From assembly GCF_964355755.1 (NCBI RefSeq), contig NC_092675.1:31634885-31698884 (forward strand): 64,000 bases of DNA, in the 5' to 3' direction. Source of the stretch: Antedon mediterranea. Its lineage: Eukaryota > Animalia > Echinodermata. A model generated the notes under the pieces. The model saw only the letters and a list, made by a program, of their open reading frames with translations, was not told the origin of the DNA and ran no database searches. Of this stretch, positions 20,701-31,029 are shown piece by piece. Numbering within the stretch: the first letter of the stretch is position 1; each line of letters begins with the position of its first letter. Position numbers and translations under genes: made by a program.

Positions 20701-22552
20701 AGCCAAGTTCCTGCAGCCACTATTGTTTCACCACAGAGTACCATGTTTAATATTAGACAACAAAGTGAAGCAAGCTTGTGCAGAGATATTTGAACCAGTG
20801 GGTGGATCTGATAATCCATTACGATTTACAGCTGGCTTAGCATTAGCACTAAATGTAGACTGTATACTAGACAATGTTGAGTATGTCCAGTCCATTCAAA
20901 TACAGGTACTATTTTTAATATTTGTTAAAATAAACATAATTCATTTTAAAAACAGACGAGGCAAAAATGTTTTAAAATTAAATATACAAGCTGTGCCGGG
21001 GATGGGGGTAGTGAATGGCTACCAGGGGCGGATCCAGGATTGTTTTTGCGGGGGGGGGGCACACGCGATCGTAGAGAGAAAATACACTGGGGGAAGCCCA
21101 GAAAAAAAATGCATTTTATGGTGTTCGAGATCACTAACGCACTCTGATTCGATCATCTGTAAAGGGTCTTGCACACCTGTTCACAGTTCTTGTTCCAAAC
21201 TTCAGGGTGGCGAAAGTATTTTTCCCAAAGACTTTCTCTGAAAATCCGAGAGAGGGCGTCTTATTTCGTCCCATTTTAGGGGAGCATTATTATGAATATG
21301 CATCTCTCTGCTGCGCCCGCCTTCTGAATGAACATTTTTAATACGCTGCGCTTTCCGAATGAATTGCCGATTCTTACAAAGGAAGGATATCGCCTTGTTG
21401 TAACTACGTATACGCCTTTTTCACGAAACGGAAGACATCTTCCATCGATGACAAACAATGCCGTGCAACGAAGCCTAACCAACAGAAATAACATAACATT
21501 TTCAGGGGATTTCAGGACACCTTGTTAATTAAAAAATCGTAACTCTTCAACGGAGGATCGTATGAGAAAAAAAATTACTGTAAAATGTTCTTAAAAGATT
21601 TGCCTACATCACTGTGTGAATTTGAAAATTGTTTTTCACTGCTTAAAATCCATCCAAAAAAACACCACAGTGTATAAGCATAGGCTGAAAATGCTATGTT
21701 ATTTCTGTTGGTTACGCTTTGTTGCACGGCATTGTTTGTCATCGATCGAAGATGTCTTCCGTTTCGTGAAAAAGTGGTCCCTGATATCGACGCCCGCCAA
21801 CTTCTAAATATAGAAGAATTGTAATTTTAATTAATTCGTACAAAGGGACACCGCCAGGGTAGTGCGTAACAACTTAACTGTACACGCTTTGGCCCTTGTA
21901 ACTTGATACAGTCTAGATATCGACGTGGCACCCCCTTAAATCCACGCCTGGGCTACAGCCCTGATATTATATAATCATCATTTCTGATAATATGATTAAT
22001 AATTTGAATTTGTTGTTCCTTCAGGTAAAATTTCCAGATACTCAGACCCAATTGTTTACACCAAGAATATCAGATTTCAGACACTTAAATGCTCTTCGAC
22101 ACCATCTTGTAACTCAAGTTTATCTGTCACATTCCCTCTGGTCAGGTGAGTTTTAAATAAATAACTTTTTCCTACTTTGTCACATTTATGAAGTGGTCTC
22201 AGATGGGAGTTGTACAATGTACTAAGAATTAGTCGGTACAATTATCTCTGAACAGGGCAAACCATCTGACTTTTATTGTAATTTATGCAAAGCTCCTTCA
22301 TACAGTAGTTTAAAATTATCGTCTTTATTTAAGAGCATGTATAAACAATTAACAGGAAAGTACCTGTTCAGATAATTTTTTTTCTTTGTTATAGATCCAT
22401 GTCAGGTTGAAATCTGTATTGTACTTGGCTACACAATGGATGGCTCAAAAGGTCCTTTAGCACCTCAATTTGGTAACAGTGATAAACAATGTGCACTACA
22501 ACTATGTAAACCTGTTAAGGTATATATTATGCCTAGAGCAACTAAAAAATAA
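2733..22552 (+). CDS. INTS4: Integrator complex subunit 4 (18 exons)
   Basis: GT-AG exons in consistent phase: 2733-2789, 4448-4601, 4990-5145, 5293-5399, 5831-6007, 6605-6937, 7102-7276, 7630-7835, 15732-15874, 16631-16746, 16978-17111, 17197-17348, 17571-17664, 19510-19590, 19826-20031, 20608-20905, 22025-22145, 22395-22552. Recognised INTS4 peptides: [90 protein letters not shown]. Confidence 0.95.
3457..3669. mobile_element. Palindromic MITE in INTS4 intron 1
   Basis: TIR GGGTGTCTCGAAAACAGAGACCTCGAAAACAGAGACC with its reverse complement at the right end. Flanked by the direct repeat ATAATTGATT (3447-3456 and 3670-3679). Confidence 0.85.
3850..4042. repeat. ~66 bp minisatellite x3
   Basis: Three copies, each containing the hairpin CTGGGTAGTA-TCTGCTT-TACTACCCAG. 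Confidence 0.9.
6320..6359 (-). ncRNA. Minimal type I hammerhead ribozyme motif (Penelope-like repeat)
   Basis: Minus strand reads CUC-CUGAGGA-C-GAUCAA(AGUAUA)UUGAUC-GAAA-CG-UC-GAG: core, 6-bp stem II, palindromic ACGU stem III and 3-bp stem I. Confidence 0.65.
8983..10575 (+). CDS. DIRS ORF1, gag-like (5' end probably frameshifted)
   Basis: 530-codon frame upstream of RT with a Pro-rich region and an Arg/Gly-rich C-terminus. The listed start is TTG, the first in-frame ATG is 9298, and a Kozak ATG at 9114 lies in another frame. Confidence 0.75.
   Translation: MASCQELKFSVVSRYPECFTWIEILEDLLLFVRLVGRSRSVRSPCLSRSVLNVGVPALPCVRWTPSKFKSLPKPKERTEAVPPPEVGTADTAGPPAVAPEVSLPDMPAPAAASAVPGVNEISPGLLQAIVAAVRALPRDEPEVPSQIRPPPQIPYIDVGPQQTSFFDGSSVRQRDYDSDRTMASLSDDDRDSLREQAGPGEEGLQALVMRTVPAVLSFLGVDFTYREPKHTPSSKRVSTFGVRTPFKKVSSCPVTPLDPELVERVELIAKESKIRRPMPYSLSSAFPVPQKQFELYIAAPSVPEAAKERVREDQNLDPSRTNFLKPSESRTEDVLTSVDRAARETLRAASMAGYLLSFLADPEHPPQGDSDVIALLQQIMGLVVDQQATISLSAAAARRVNVLGATDIAPTDFRRFTTSDSFGAQDLFFGSFSQKEDKWAREREARRETRARFPQKRRASNSRSRTAARPPPVPAAPQQMQPPPPPPAQPMQSQASTSRQASHPPRGMRNRGGKGATNRSGRRYYNVKRR
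10616..12598 (+). CDS. DIRS reverse transcriptase / RNase H / methyltransferase-like ORF
   Basis: VGGRL..F...W start. RT motifs [31 protein letters not shown]. RNase H motifs [39 protein letters not shown]-like motifs DLFA and YAFPP. Confidence 0.95.
   Translation: MGGRLKRFSRVWETLTTDRWVLSTVTHGYRIEFSSPPVSGGARHTRIPSEPEKSQALMTGLEALLQKGAVVHVQKEQLTIPGHESTVFLAQKKSGDWRPILNLKSLNKRYIRPRRFRMETVSSILLGLRRGDWAATIDLKDAYFHVPIAQEHQSWLRFRIHDQVYQFVALPFGLSTAPRVFTRLVRTLAAFFHQHGIRVFMYLDDWLIVAQSRDQLLSSLSFVRLVTEQAGFIINEEKSCLLPSQNPLYLGAQINLVTGRACPSIERVAKARTAVLHLINAQAPTAYDWLRTLGSLASFVALVPFCRLRMRPLHLHLLAAYRPRSDSLHKVVPTNAFIISHLEWWLVEDRLLVGTPIQRSIPDVRVETDASEVGWGGHIPSPDIRVSGLWSPEETRAHINLLELWAVERSLEALLPHLANRHVLVNSDNTTVVAYINRQGGTRSPTLCCHTWTLLMWCIRHNIQLSAAHIAGRLNIVADALSRPLLRPTEWRLLPIIATQIFNHFGRPHVDLFATSGNTQLPTFCSRYRDAHAWAVDALSIPWDNLWAYAFPPISILPLVLTHIQRHQCQVLLIAPYWPRQPWFPLLLGLLYDQPLRLPIRNDLLTQGRARFALPNLISLDLTVWPLSGIVSETQAFQMVRPPSRRNPDGNPLLLSTIAD
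10648..13515 (+). CDS. DIRS tyrosine recombinase ORF with long N-terminal extension overlapping the RT ORF
   Basis: C-terminal YR domain: [17 protein letters not shown], catalytic R in [19 protein letters not shown], and W..STFTSHY. First ATG at 10672. Confidence 0.9.
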   Translation: MGDPDHRQMGSLHRDTRVSYRILEPSGERRCPAHEDSVRAGKESSAHDGPRSTAPERSCGACSEGTTYDPGTRIHRFPRPEKIGRLATHPKPQKSEQAVHPAPQVQDGDCLIYPVGAKTRGLGSHNRLERRVLSRAYCARAPELAALPHSRSGIPIRSSAVRPLNGPTSVYSSSENPGGVLSSTRHQSVHVLRRLVDRGPVQGPAAEQLIFCPPRDGTSRVHNKRGEVMSSPFSEPSVSRSPNKFGYGPCVPIHRACGQGKNCSATSYQCSGSDGVRLATHLGVTGQLRRPRSVLPVKDAASTSAPSGSIPPKIRLSTQSGSNECVHYLASRMVARGRQVTCGHTYTKVNSGCPCGNGRIRSRLGRSHTVSGHSRLRPLVARGDARPHQPARTLGSRALVGGSSSPSGKSPCSRQFRQHNRRGIHKQARGYTVPHAMLPHVDVANVVYKTQHPTVSGPHCGSSEHSGGRTVPSTSTSYGMASSSNNRHPDLQPLWAAPCRSVCDVRQHAAPDVLQPISGCTCVGGGCPVHTMGQPLGICLSTDFNTATGPDAHSAPSMPSPTNSAVLAQAAVVSTASRPSVRSAVTSSDSERLADAGPSSVCSTEPHIPRPDCMAIVRDRFRDSGIPDGPAALAAKSRRESTLAVYNSRLKHFFEWCKRQKTDPMKVTLGQVCAFLHYLFESGLQVRTVSGYRSALAAVIPNFKDGSTISSSPAISSLLRGMFRERPPTKALIPRWDVNVVLAALMRPPFEPLSRASLYNLTLKTAFLIALASCKRRGELHALSLEPGHIRFERGGARLVFRKDFLAKSQTLNFSPPTVFIPTIAAYSGVEEDRLWCPVRALKFYIKRTESIRVSASHLFVSTVAPFRPAARSTLANWVVAAIRAGYDSTNTPPPAHMHQVRGIAASWALFAGVPLPDILQAAWWRSQSTFTSHYLSDTSANQSTVAASILKPRH
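13579..13676. repeat. DIRS internal complementary region (ICR)
   Basis: 13579-13623 is the reverse complement of the left terminus and 13622-13676 is the reverse complement of the right terminus. The two halves overlap at TA. Confidence 0.92.
14143..14747. mobile_element. Second piggyBac-like MITE nested in the first
   Basis: TTAA on both sides. Imperfect TIRs CACATTGACTGCCAAGGC vs CACGTTCACTGCCACGGC (15/18). Recurrent internal GACGTATAAATACG motifs. Confidence 0.7.
14941..15071. repeat. 33 bp minisatellite x4
   Basis: ATAGTATTTCTATCATATATAGTATATATA-type unit in tandem. Confidence 0.9.
15922..16432. repeat. ~167 bp tandem repeat x3 in INTS4 intron 9
   Basis: TAAATAGATATGATAGGTGCTTCATG recurs at 15922, 16094 and 16261. 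Confidence 0.92.
16747..16977 (+). other. Probable U12-type (minor spliceosome) GT-AG intron of INTS4
   Basis: Donor GTATCCTT. CCCTTATAC branch-like motif ~10 nt before the AG and no pyrimidine tract at the acceptor. Splicing restores [14 protein letters not shown]. Confidence 0.7.
17798..18380. repeat. 87 bp tandem repeat x~6.5 in INTS4 intron 13
   Basis: ATGTTGTA(C/T)AG recurs at 17798, 17885, 17972, 18059, 18146, 18233 and 18320. Confidence 0.92.
18715..19427 (+). mobile_element. 5'-truncated CR1/L2-group LINE 3' fragment
   Basis: [10 protein letters not shown]...[18 protein letters not shown]...LQKRIARMI...GPSYWNKL with a frameshift. AATAAA and an A-rich end. Confidence 0.8.
21023..21950. 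mobile_element. Non-autonomous DNA-transposon-like insertion with 6-bp TSD
   Basis: Imperfect termini CAGGGGCGGAT / ATCCACGCCTG flanked by GGCTAC at 21017-21022 and 21951-21956. Confidence 0.55.
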
Positions 22553-23649
22553 AGATTATTGAATTTCTATATAAACATTGAAAATCTTCATTCATCAGTG
22601 GAAAATTACTTTTATCTATTGTCATTTGCATATAAAATATACATAGAAATTATGTTTGCTCTGAGATATAAATGAAAAAGTAACAAAAATAATTATCAGT
22701 GTTACGTATAGTGTCACAAGACTCTTGTGATTTACTGTATACTGACAAGCATTTAGTGCCCGAATGGCAGCTGGATAAAAGCTGTTACGAAACATATTTG
22801 CACGAGAGATGATGGACCGGTAACGTCTACCGCTTACACCTCACATACATTATGCATGGAAGGAGTAGAATCTTGCAATATAGAATGTGTTGTCTTTCTA
22901 TAGAGTGTGTTTTCTTTCTATATAAAATGAAAGGTTATATTTTCAAATATAAAACATTTTATATTATTTGTTCTATTGCATGAATAAAAACGGTCATTAT
23001 TTGTTTTACAAAACACCTACTTTTAATGAGAGGCTAGGCCAAAGTCTAAGCCATTCGAGAAAACAGCACTCCAATTTTGGATGCGGAGTAGAACAATTTT
23101 GACGGCGCACACTACAGGTTGATTGATCATGATGATCTGATGATCAGTCAACAGCAGCATAGCCTCATCATGGAGCTATAAATAGCATTATGTCATGTGT
23201 TTGTTGCTCACTTACTGAGTATAACAAGAATTAACATGCAAAACAAAATTCCAGTACTCGATAATATAACAACATTTCACTCGATGACATAAGTTAAGAG
23301 TTCAATAGAAAATTTAAAATTTATTGAATGTTATGTGACCCGCAATCAAATGACAAGAATCTACTTGGTGTTATAATACGGTACTAACTTATGAATTCCA
23401 TCTCTGTAATTTACAGTGTTGTTCAGTAGGTACAATTAACATTTAGGTAGTTTTGCCTCATTTAGTTGTCCATTTATGATATGTTTGTGAAGACGAACTA
23501 CAGTAGTTATGATATTATTAAGGTGTATTGTATTTTACAAGTTCATTGTGCGATATGGTTATAATGAATAATGTTAAAAAAAAACCTGTAGGATATTTTT
23601 GATGTATACTATATGTACATAATTATCCTGTCATTATATATATATTCCT

Positions 23650-24030
23650 TCACTTGCACTGATGAAGGGCTAGTGTTGCCCGAAAGCTCTGCTAACTTTT
23701 CTGGCAGTTTTACTTCTCGTTTTGATTTAGCTTTTCGCTTTTTATTTTTGTATCTCCATTGAGATCCAGCCACTGATACCCACAGCATTGTCATTTTTTT
23801 CAGTAATTTGCCTTTGGATTTATATATTTATATATATATATATATAAATCCAAAGGCAAATTACTGAAAAAAATGACAATTCTGTATATATATATATAGC
23901 CCTTGCACTGATGAAGGGCTAGTGTTGCCCGAAAGCTCTGCTAACTTTTCTAGCTGTTTAATTTATCGTTTTTATTTAGCTTTTCGCTTTTTTTTTGTAT
24001 CTCCATTGCAATCCAGCCACTGATACATAT
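23650..24030 (+). mobile_element. Penelope-like pLTR remnant: two direct repeats with hammerhead motifs plus an inverted segment in (TA)n
   Basis: GCA-CUGAUGA-A-GGGC(UAGUGUU)GCCC-GAAA-GC-UC-UGC at 23656-23692 and 23905-23941. Inverted repeat 23787-23880 around a (TA)n tract. Confidence 0.7.
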
Positions 24031-25028
24031 ATAATTATCCAGAGTTGTACTCTTTAGCAATACATTACTTTTTACATTTCATATTTTGGCTTTGGGTTTT
24101 TGTCTAATTTTTCATAGTGACTAGACTCGGACATTTTTTGTATACATGCCACTGAATAGAAACTGTATATACTTTAAAATTCAAAATCCTGTAATATTTA
24201 AGAATTGAAAGGCATATTATTATAATTAAAATGGTATAGTGATTGATCTTTGGCTTGGTAAATGTTTGTCATCAATGCACAAATACAAAGGCTAGCAAGA
24301 ACTGTCAATAGTACCATTGTGAGATGTTTGTAATGCTTGAGCACACACTTATTCATTCTCACCACGCCTAAGTAGACATAAATACCTTCTAAATGATACA
24401 GTGGGTATTCGATAGTCGGTTTGATGAGGAAAGACCAGCAAAAATAACAAGTAAGTACCGTCTTGTATGTTTTCAATGTTGATATACCTGTAATAAAATC
24501 TATACAATATTATGTAGATGCCTGCCACAAAGTGTGGAAGGTGTCAGAATGCATGAAGATAGTACGGTATACAGTACAGTGGAAGATAAGAGCGCTTCTT
24601 ACTCTATATACAAGAAATTAATACATTACTATGTTTATAAATATATATAAATCTTGTGAGGCAAGCCATTATAATTCTATATTAATCAAATAAAACGTCT
24701 CAAGTTGAATCAAACGTGATGGTGGAGGTAGAGCCTCCAAAGGCGCCGATTGGGTGTAGTAGGGCAGTGGGGGGATTTATGGCAACCTTAAATAACGGTA
24801 AAGAGAGAAGGAAATAGAATTGTCATTGAAATTTATCAAGTTGTCTGTTAAATATACAATTAAATTTTATTTCAGCAGTTGCACAAAATGTCTGCACACA
24901 TTAAACAAAATTGTTAATTATCTTTCTGATCCAAAATTGACTAAAATGTGGGCAAATTAGTTATAATATAATATACAAGGTTTACAAAATATTTATGCTA
25001 GTGATTTTTATTTTGTAGGACTACAATT

Positions 25029-28000
25029 ATGAAGCGGCGAATACAAGAAACCCAAAACAACTGGTTACTTCCATGTTTTTTTCTTGTTGATTGTGTTGTG
25101 GCTGTAGCAGTAATACTATTTTGGTATTTTCTATATTATGAAGATATATTTAAAATCAATGATATGTTAGTACTTTGTTCTGATAATAGTTACAATTATA
25201 CAAAGCAATCATCTTCTCTCAGTGAGACGGCTCTTTATCTCGTCAGTTTTGTTGTTCCGTCAATTTTGGTATGTATCATACTGTTTTTAATATTGATATA
25301 GTTCAAAATACAAACTCACATTCAATTAATGATACTGTATTTTCAAACAAACTAGCGATCAATAGTACATAAATAAACGAACAAAAGATCCTTCAAAATG
25401 GTTTTAAAAGAAGGGTACTGTAATAGTGTTTGACTACACTCGTGTATTAACTTGCCTCATGCAATTCCACCACAATATATTCATCTTCCTGCGATTCATA
25501 CCTCCGTCCATTTTTTTCTAAACCTGTAGGCCTATTTGTTCTTGTTTTATTTTAATTTAATTGTCTTATGGAGGACGGCACGTAAATAAATGTTTTTTTA
25601 ATTTAGTTTCTCTCTGGGACTATACGCATACATATTAGTGTATACGAACCATATATTATTACTGAATATAAGTACGATTAAACATTCGTCGTCAACTTTG
25701 AACTAATCATAAGTAATCACGAATTGTAAACAAACATACAATGTCATGTTAGTCAATGCTACAAACGACACTTTGCTCGCACTACACGTTTTATTTATTA
25801 TTTAGATAGGCCTACCTATGATTTTACAGTACAATAATGCTTGTGTTTAGGAATGTAGTTGTTTTTAAAACCGTCGCTGTTTGTTGCTTTTTGACAGATC
25901 TTGTTATTTGAATTGATAATGGCACAGTATAATAGTAGTACCGATGGGCTTCCTAAGGAAAAGACGGTAATTACATTTGATTTCAGAGTTAAGCCGACAA
26001 TACGACGTATAATTCGTTATGAAGGTAAATACTACTAAATTTATTAATTAGACCTATCAAATTATATTGAATATTGTCTAATGTTTTGGATACCGACCGT
26101 CTTAGGCCTACTATTGTAATATATTACTTTATTTATTTATTTTAATACAGTATATTCACAAATCACAGAAAAAGAAACAAAATTGCCTGGGATTTACTTA
26201 ACACACACAAAAACAAAAAAAATGCACAGATCAATATATACATATAAAGACAAAAACAAATTTACCAAATTTATTTAGCAAGAGGACACAATTAGAAATG
26301 TTCCTACCTTTTTTTTCTTCTAGTTTTTGATTTAGTATCATGAATAATACAGTATTATGATCAATGATAATATTTTCGTACTTTACATTTAAGATGCCGT
26401 AGGCCTATGTTTTCCTAAATTGTATTTTTTTTTCAATTCTAATTCTAGGTCTATTCATTATTGGAGCGTTTTGTACATTAATATTTTCTGGAATTGGAAG
26501 AGTCATTGTAGGTCGACCAGCTCCTCATTTTTTTACAGACTGTCCAGAACTTCGAAACAATTGCAGAGAGAACTATGTTCAGTATGCTGATGGAATGTGT
26601 CAGAATGAGATTACTGAACACACGAGGTTGGTCCTCCCTAAGATACGACGATACACGTATGCCTACCATTTTAAACAAAAACATCAGACATCCCAACTTG
26701 GAAAAATTAAATATCGGGAGGTTTTATGAAACTATAAATGGCGCTATAATACTACATCAAATTATAGAGGGCGCTATAAAACACCTAAACATTGGCATAA
26801 TAGCATGAAGACTAAAATCCAATGGCCATGTACGTTATACTGTATAATGTTGTGTTTAGAAAAAATAAATAGTAAAAAGTAGCAGTGTAGCTGACATGTA
26901 GCCATATCAGAAAGATCAGCTGGCGACTGTAAAAGGCCATGCTTAAAGTCGGCAATTAAAATTCATTATAATATTAATGACCACTGTCGATATTGTAAAA
27001 TGAACTTTTTTAACTTTAATGAGGAATTGTTTTTTAAAAAATATTATTAAATTATTTTCAGGTCATCATTTCCTTCCTATTTCGCATCAATGTCATCATA
27101 TGCAGCATTGTTTGCAGGGGTAAGTTACTCGATTTTTATCATACTTGGCGGACAGACCTCAACACATTTGTATTAGAGAGGCAATCTCTCAACCTACCAC
27201 TTTTAATTTCTCTGTTCCGCAAGGATCTGTTTTAGGTCCACAATTGTTTACAATGTATGTATATCCTATTCGTAATATCATTAAGAAATATAATCTTAGC
27301 TATCATGTTTACGCTGATGACACCATCGTTTAAACCTACCATGACACAGAGTGAATTATTTAATTGATTTGCTTGAAAAATATATCTCTGGAATTCGTGT
27401 CTGGATGGCCAAAAACTTTTTAAAACTTAATGATGATAAGACTGAGTACATTCTATTTGGTTCGCAACAATTCCATCTAGGAGGGTTTCCATTGGTAACT
27501 TCTGTACTGAAAATACTACACAAGTTAGAAATCTTGGTGTAATTCTGGATGCCAATAGGACAATGACGGCTCATATTTCTAAAATTACGTCTGCATCGTC
27601 ATATCATTTAAGAAATATTCGAGGCATCAGAAAATACTTAAATCGTGCAGCTGCAGAGCAACTTGTTAGTTCGCGTCTCGATATTATGTGTAACTCCTTG
27701 TTATTTGGTCTCCCACATAAACAACTGCATAGGCTTCAGCTCATACAAAATGCGGCTACACGAGTTGTAACTAACTTGCCCAAGTTTTCGCATATTACAG
27801 GTACCTTAAAAGAGTTACATTGGTTGCCTATTAAACATAGAATTGTTTTTAAAACATTGTTAATTGTTTTCAAAGTTATTAATGGAATTGCTCCAGAGTA
27901 TGTGACTGATATGCTGGGCTTATACTCTCCTAAATGTAATTTACGATCCAATAATAAGTTGCTTTTATTTCAACCGAAATCTCACCACTCGTGCTTTTTC

Positions 28001-28216
28001 TATTAATGCTCCGCGGCTGTGGAATGACATTCCTGAATGGATTAGGCATTGCCATACAATTATTCTTTTAAAAAATCATTAAAATCATACCTTTTTGCTG
28101 AGGCATATGGTATTAATGAAGCATAAACAAACAGTGTTGTGATTAGCGCCTTGAGCACTTTTAGTGGATATGTGCGCTATATAAATTGTTATATTATTAT
28201 TATTATTATTATTATT

Positions 28217-28261
<45 letters not shown>

Positions 28262-31029
28262 ATTAGCCCTTATTATCGCTCTACGGTATTTGGTTATAGT
28301 TGAATGCATCAATTCACCATGTGTATTTATTAATTTGAATACATGCCATTCTTTTGTAGATTTATTTGTCAAAGATGATGACAATTACTGCTACTCGTAC
28401 ACTTCGTCCTGTATTCTTTATTACCATTATGTTACTTCCATTTATGGTAAGCCTTAATAGAGTTTCAACTCATCAAGAACATTGGACTGATATCATAGCT
28501 GGCTCCTTGATTGGAATATTCATAGCCCTATATATGGTAATTATTATATCAATCAAATTAATCAAATAGTAAATACTGTTAAATTCCCAGCAAATTGTAG
28601 CTCCGAGTGACGTGTCAGACAAAAGTTACAGTGAAGTTTCATGAATTCTGTGATTTGTCTTTCATAACCGAATTTGATATGTAGTGTTCGGTGTTTGCCT
28701 GTGATTGTTGCTCATGCGTCGCCTGAACCGCCGATATTCGGGAATGTGTTACTGAGTCTACTTAATTATCAAACCACAAAAACAGCAGGAAAAATAATCA
28801 TATTTAAATTGACGTGTTATGGACAATTCGCGTATTTTGGAAACAAGGCCATATACATGGCTACATTCGCGTGCTCAAGTTAGTGTTTACCGAGTGGTCT
28901 TTCTTCACATTATCAACATTTTGTCTACCAGGATATGGGGTTGTATGGTATTAAACGCAGACTGAAAATCAAAATACATAATACGTACCAAGTGGCCTTT
29001 CTTCACATTATCAAGATGTGAATATAATTAATGTAATTTAAAAAGTATCGCATCACTGGTACTACGGAGTGATCGGTAAGCAAATTGCAGCGGGTCTAAC
29101 ACTTTTTCAGCATAAGGTTCCATAATTTTCAAAAGAATACGTTCCAATGTTTTCATCGCGACAGACGTGAGCGCGACGGGTCTCAAATCATTCATGCTAT
29201 TAATATTAGGTTTCTTTAGGTACTGGTATTATGCATGAACGTTTCCAAATATCCGGGAACGTATGACAAGAAAGACACATATTGAAAATAAATGTAAATA
29301 TACCATCAAGATGAGGAGAGCATACCTTAAGTACTCGTGGGATTATCCGGCCCAGCAGCCTTCGATGAATTGGGTTTCATGAATTCGTTATGTACATAAG
29401 AAAATGCTTATACTAAATTTGGGATCATCTTCAGTCACCCGACACAAGCTAAATCGGGCCTATCTTTCTACTTTAAAATCATTAACATTAAAACGGTTAT
29501 AAAATTCATTTAACTCATTAACATATCGCACAGTAACATTCGGAATCGAGGTAGGTGTATTACCACCGTTTGTGTAACCACTCATAAGTTTCATACCCTG
29601 CCAAACTTCTTTCATAATTAGACCTGAAGTTATGTTCAACTTTTTTCTATAAATGTTCTTCTTTAATCTCTCTAGTCAATATTTTCGTACGATTAGAGTC
29701 GCCCATCTTGAAGGCTCTATGTTTCTCACACAACAGTAATTTAACGCCTTTCGTGATCCATGGCTTGTTATTAGGGTAGATTTTCACTTTTTTGAACTGG
29801 AACGCATTTATCGTTACAAAAGTTTATGTACGAGCTCACTGCATGAGCAATACTATTCAAATCTTCATCCTCCGTAAAAATATCCCAGTCGGTAGATTCA
29901 AATTCCGCTATAAGGGCCTCCTCGGCTTCAGGTGACCATTTGCGTACATTAATAATTTTGTTTGGCAAGTCTTATTTAGTGGGCGATATTTGGGACTGAG
30001 TAAAACCAAATTATGATCCAATTTGCCCAAGTTCGATAGTGGGGTCGAATTATAAGCGTCCTTCACATTTGAGTAGCATAAATCAAGAATCGCGTTGTCC
30101 CTGGTTTTACATGTAACTAACATGATGATAGTAAATGGCCGTAGTTTTCTTGAGCTTGCATCTGTTGAAATCGCCGTGGATAATTACAAGCGCCTCAATA
30201 CCTTCGATTATTTCTGCGATCTCATTTGACATATTTTGGAAAGAATCGTGTGTTGTGTTTTATTGGGTTAGCGCCCCCTCAAGTTGACGTATTTTGGGAA
30301 CAAATATGCGTATTTATAGGACTCACCCTATAGATTTAAATGATATTGAAACCATTTTATTCAGTGTTTATAGGACACAAAATGCAGTATACACTGGTAA
30401 CTTATATTTAAATGATATTGAGACCAGTTTATTCAGTGTTTATAGGACACAATATGCAGTATACACTGGCTTGCAAACTTGAGCACAACACCATTGTATA
30501 AGCAAAATAAAGCATCAAGTTGTTTTAGCCCGCAGAACAATAGGCCTATTAACAAATATTGTAATAATTATTAATAACAGTTATAATGTGTTATATTCAG
30601 AGTCTGATTGTTCTGAATGGCTTTGAGGGATCGTTGCAAAAATCTAATCGACCAAACATTGAACAGCCGAAGAAAGAAGATAAAAAAGGTGGAGGAGGAA
30701 TAATGCAAACGTTAACTAGAGAAGCCAGTCGTGTATCTAGTCGACATGCTAGTCGTCGTGAAAAGGGAAATGATTTCATGAGCAGGTTGCATGAAGTTAA
30801 ATACAATACTGCTCACAGAAGTTACTATGACAACAACATCGATGACTACAGACGGCAAGAAGAGTTTGTCTATAACCATCAACCGCCATTACCATCTTTT
30901 GCAGAAGATGGGTTGCCCGCGAATGAGCAAGCAGCCATAGCTGCCTTTAAAACAGAAGCACGCGATACGGACTTGGGAGATGGTCATTTAGCAGATGATG
31001 ACCAACCAATGTTTTTATACCATCATTAA
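25029..31029 (+). CDS. PAP2-family phospholipid phosphatase-related protein (PLPPR-like, degenerate catalytic motifs)
   Basis: Exons 25029-25268, 25898-26024, 26449-26626, 27062-27119, 28360-28536, 30601-31029. Multiple TM segments. Motifs GRVIVGRPAPHFFTDC, RSSFPSYFAS, NRVSTHQEHWTDIIAG, and a hydrophilic C-tail. Confidence 0.85.
27130..28262 (+). mobile_element. Degenerate L2-like LINE 3' portion
   Basis: VPQGSVLGPQLF, HVYADD, FLKLNDDKTE, LQLIQNAATRVV, LHWLPIKHRI with frameshifts. (TAT)n tail. Confidence 0.88.
29440..30240 (-). mobile_element. LINE endonuclease-region fragment (Rex1/L2-like)
   Basis: GDFN, TRDNAILDLCYSNVKDAY..LGKLDHNLVLLSPKY, FESTDWDIF and KPWIT remnants with frameshifts. 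Confidence 0.75.

Noticed and set aside
20906-21241. C-terminal part of the 191-aa ORF at 20666
   Set aside because: Read-through past the INTS4 exon 16 donor (20905) into intron and repeat sequence.
23120-23190. CTGATGA in a hairpin and a nearby TATAAATA
   Set aside because: No GAAA or stem arrangement for a hammerhead. The TATA could serve the PLPPR-like gene but cannot be supported without transcript data.
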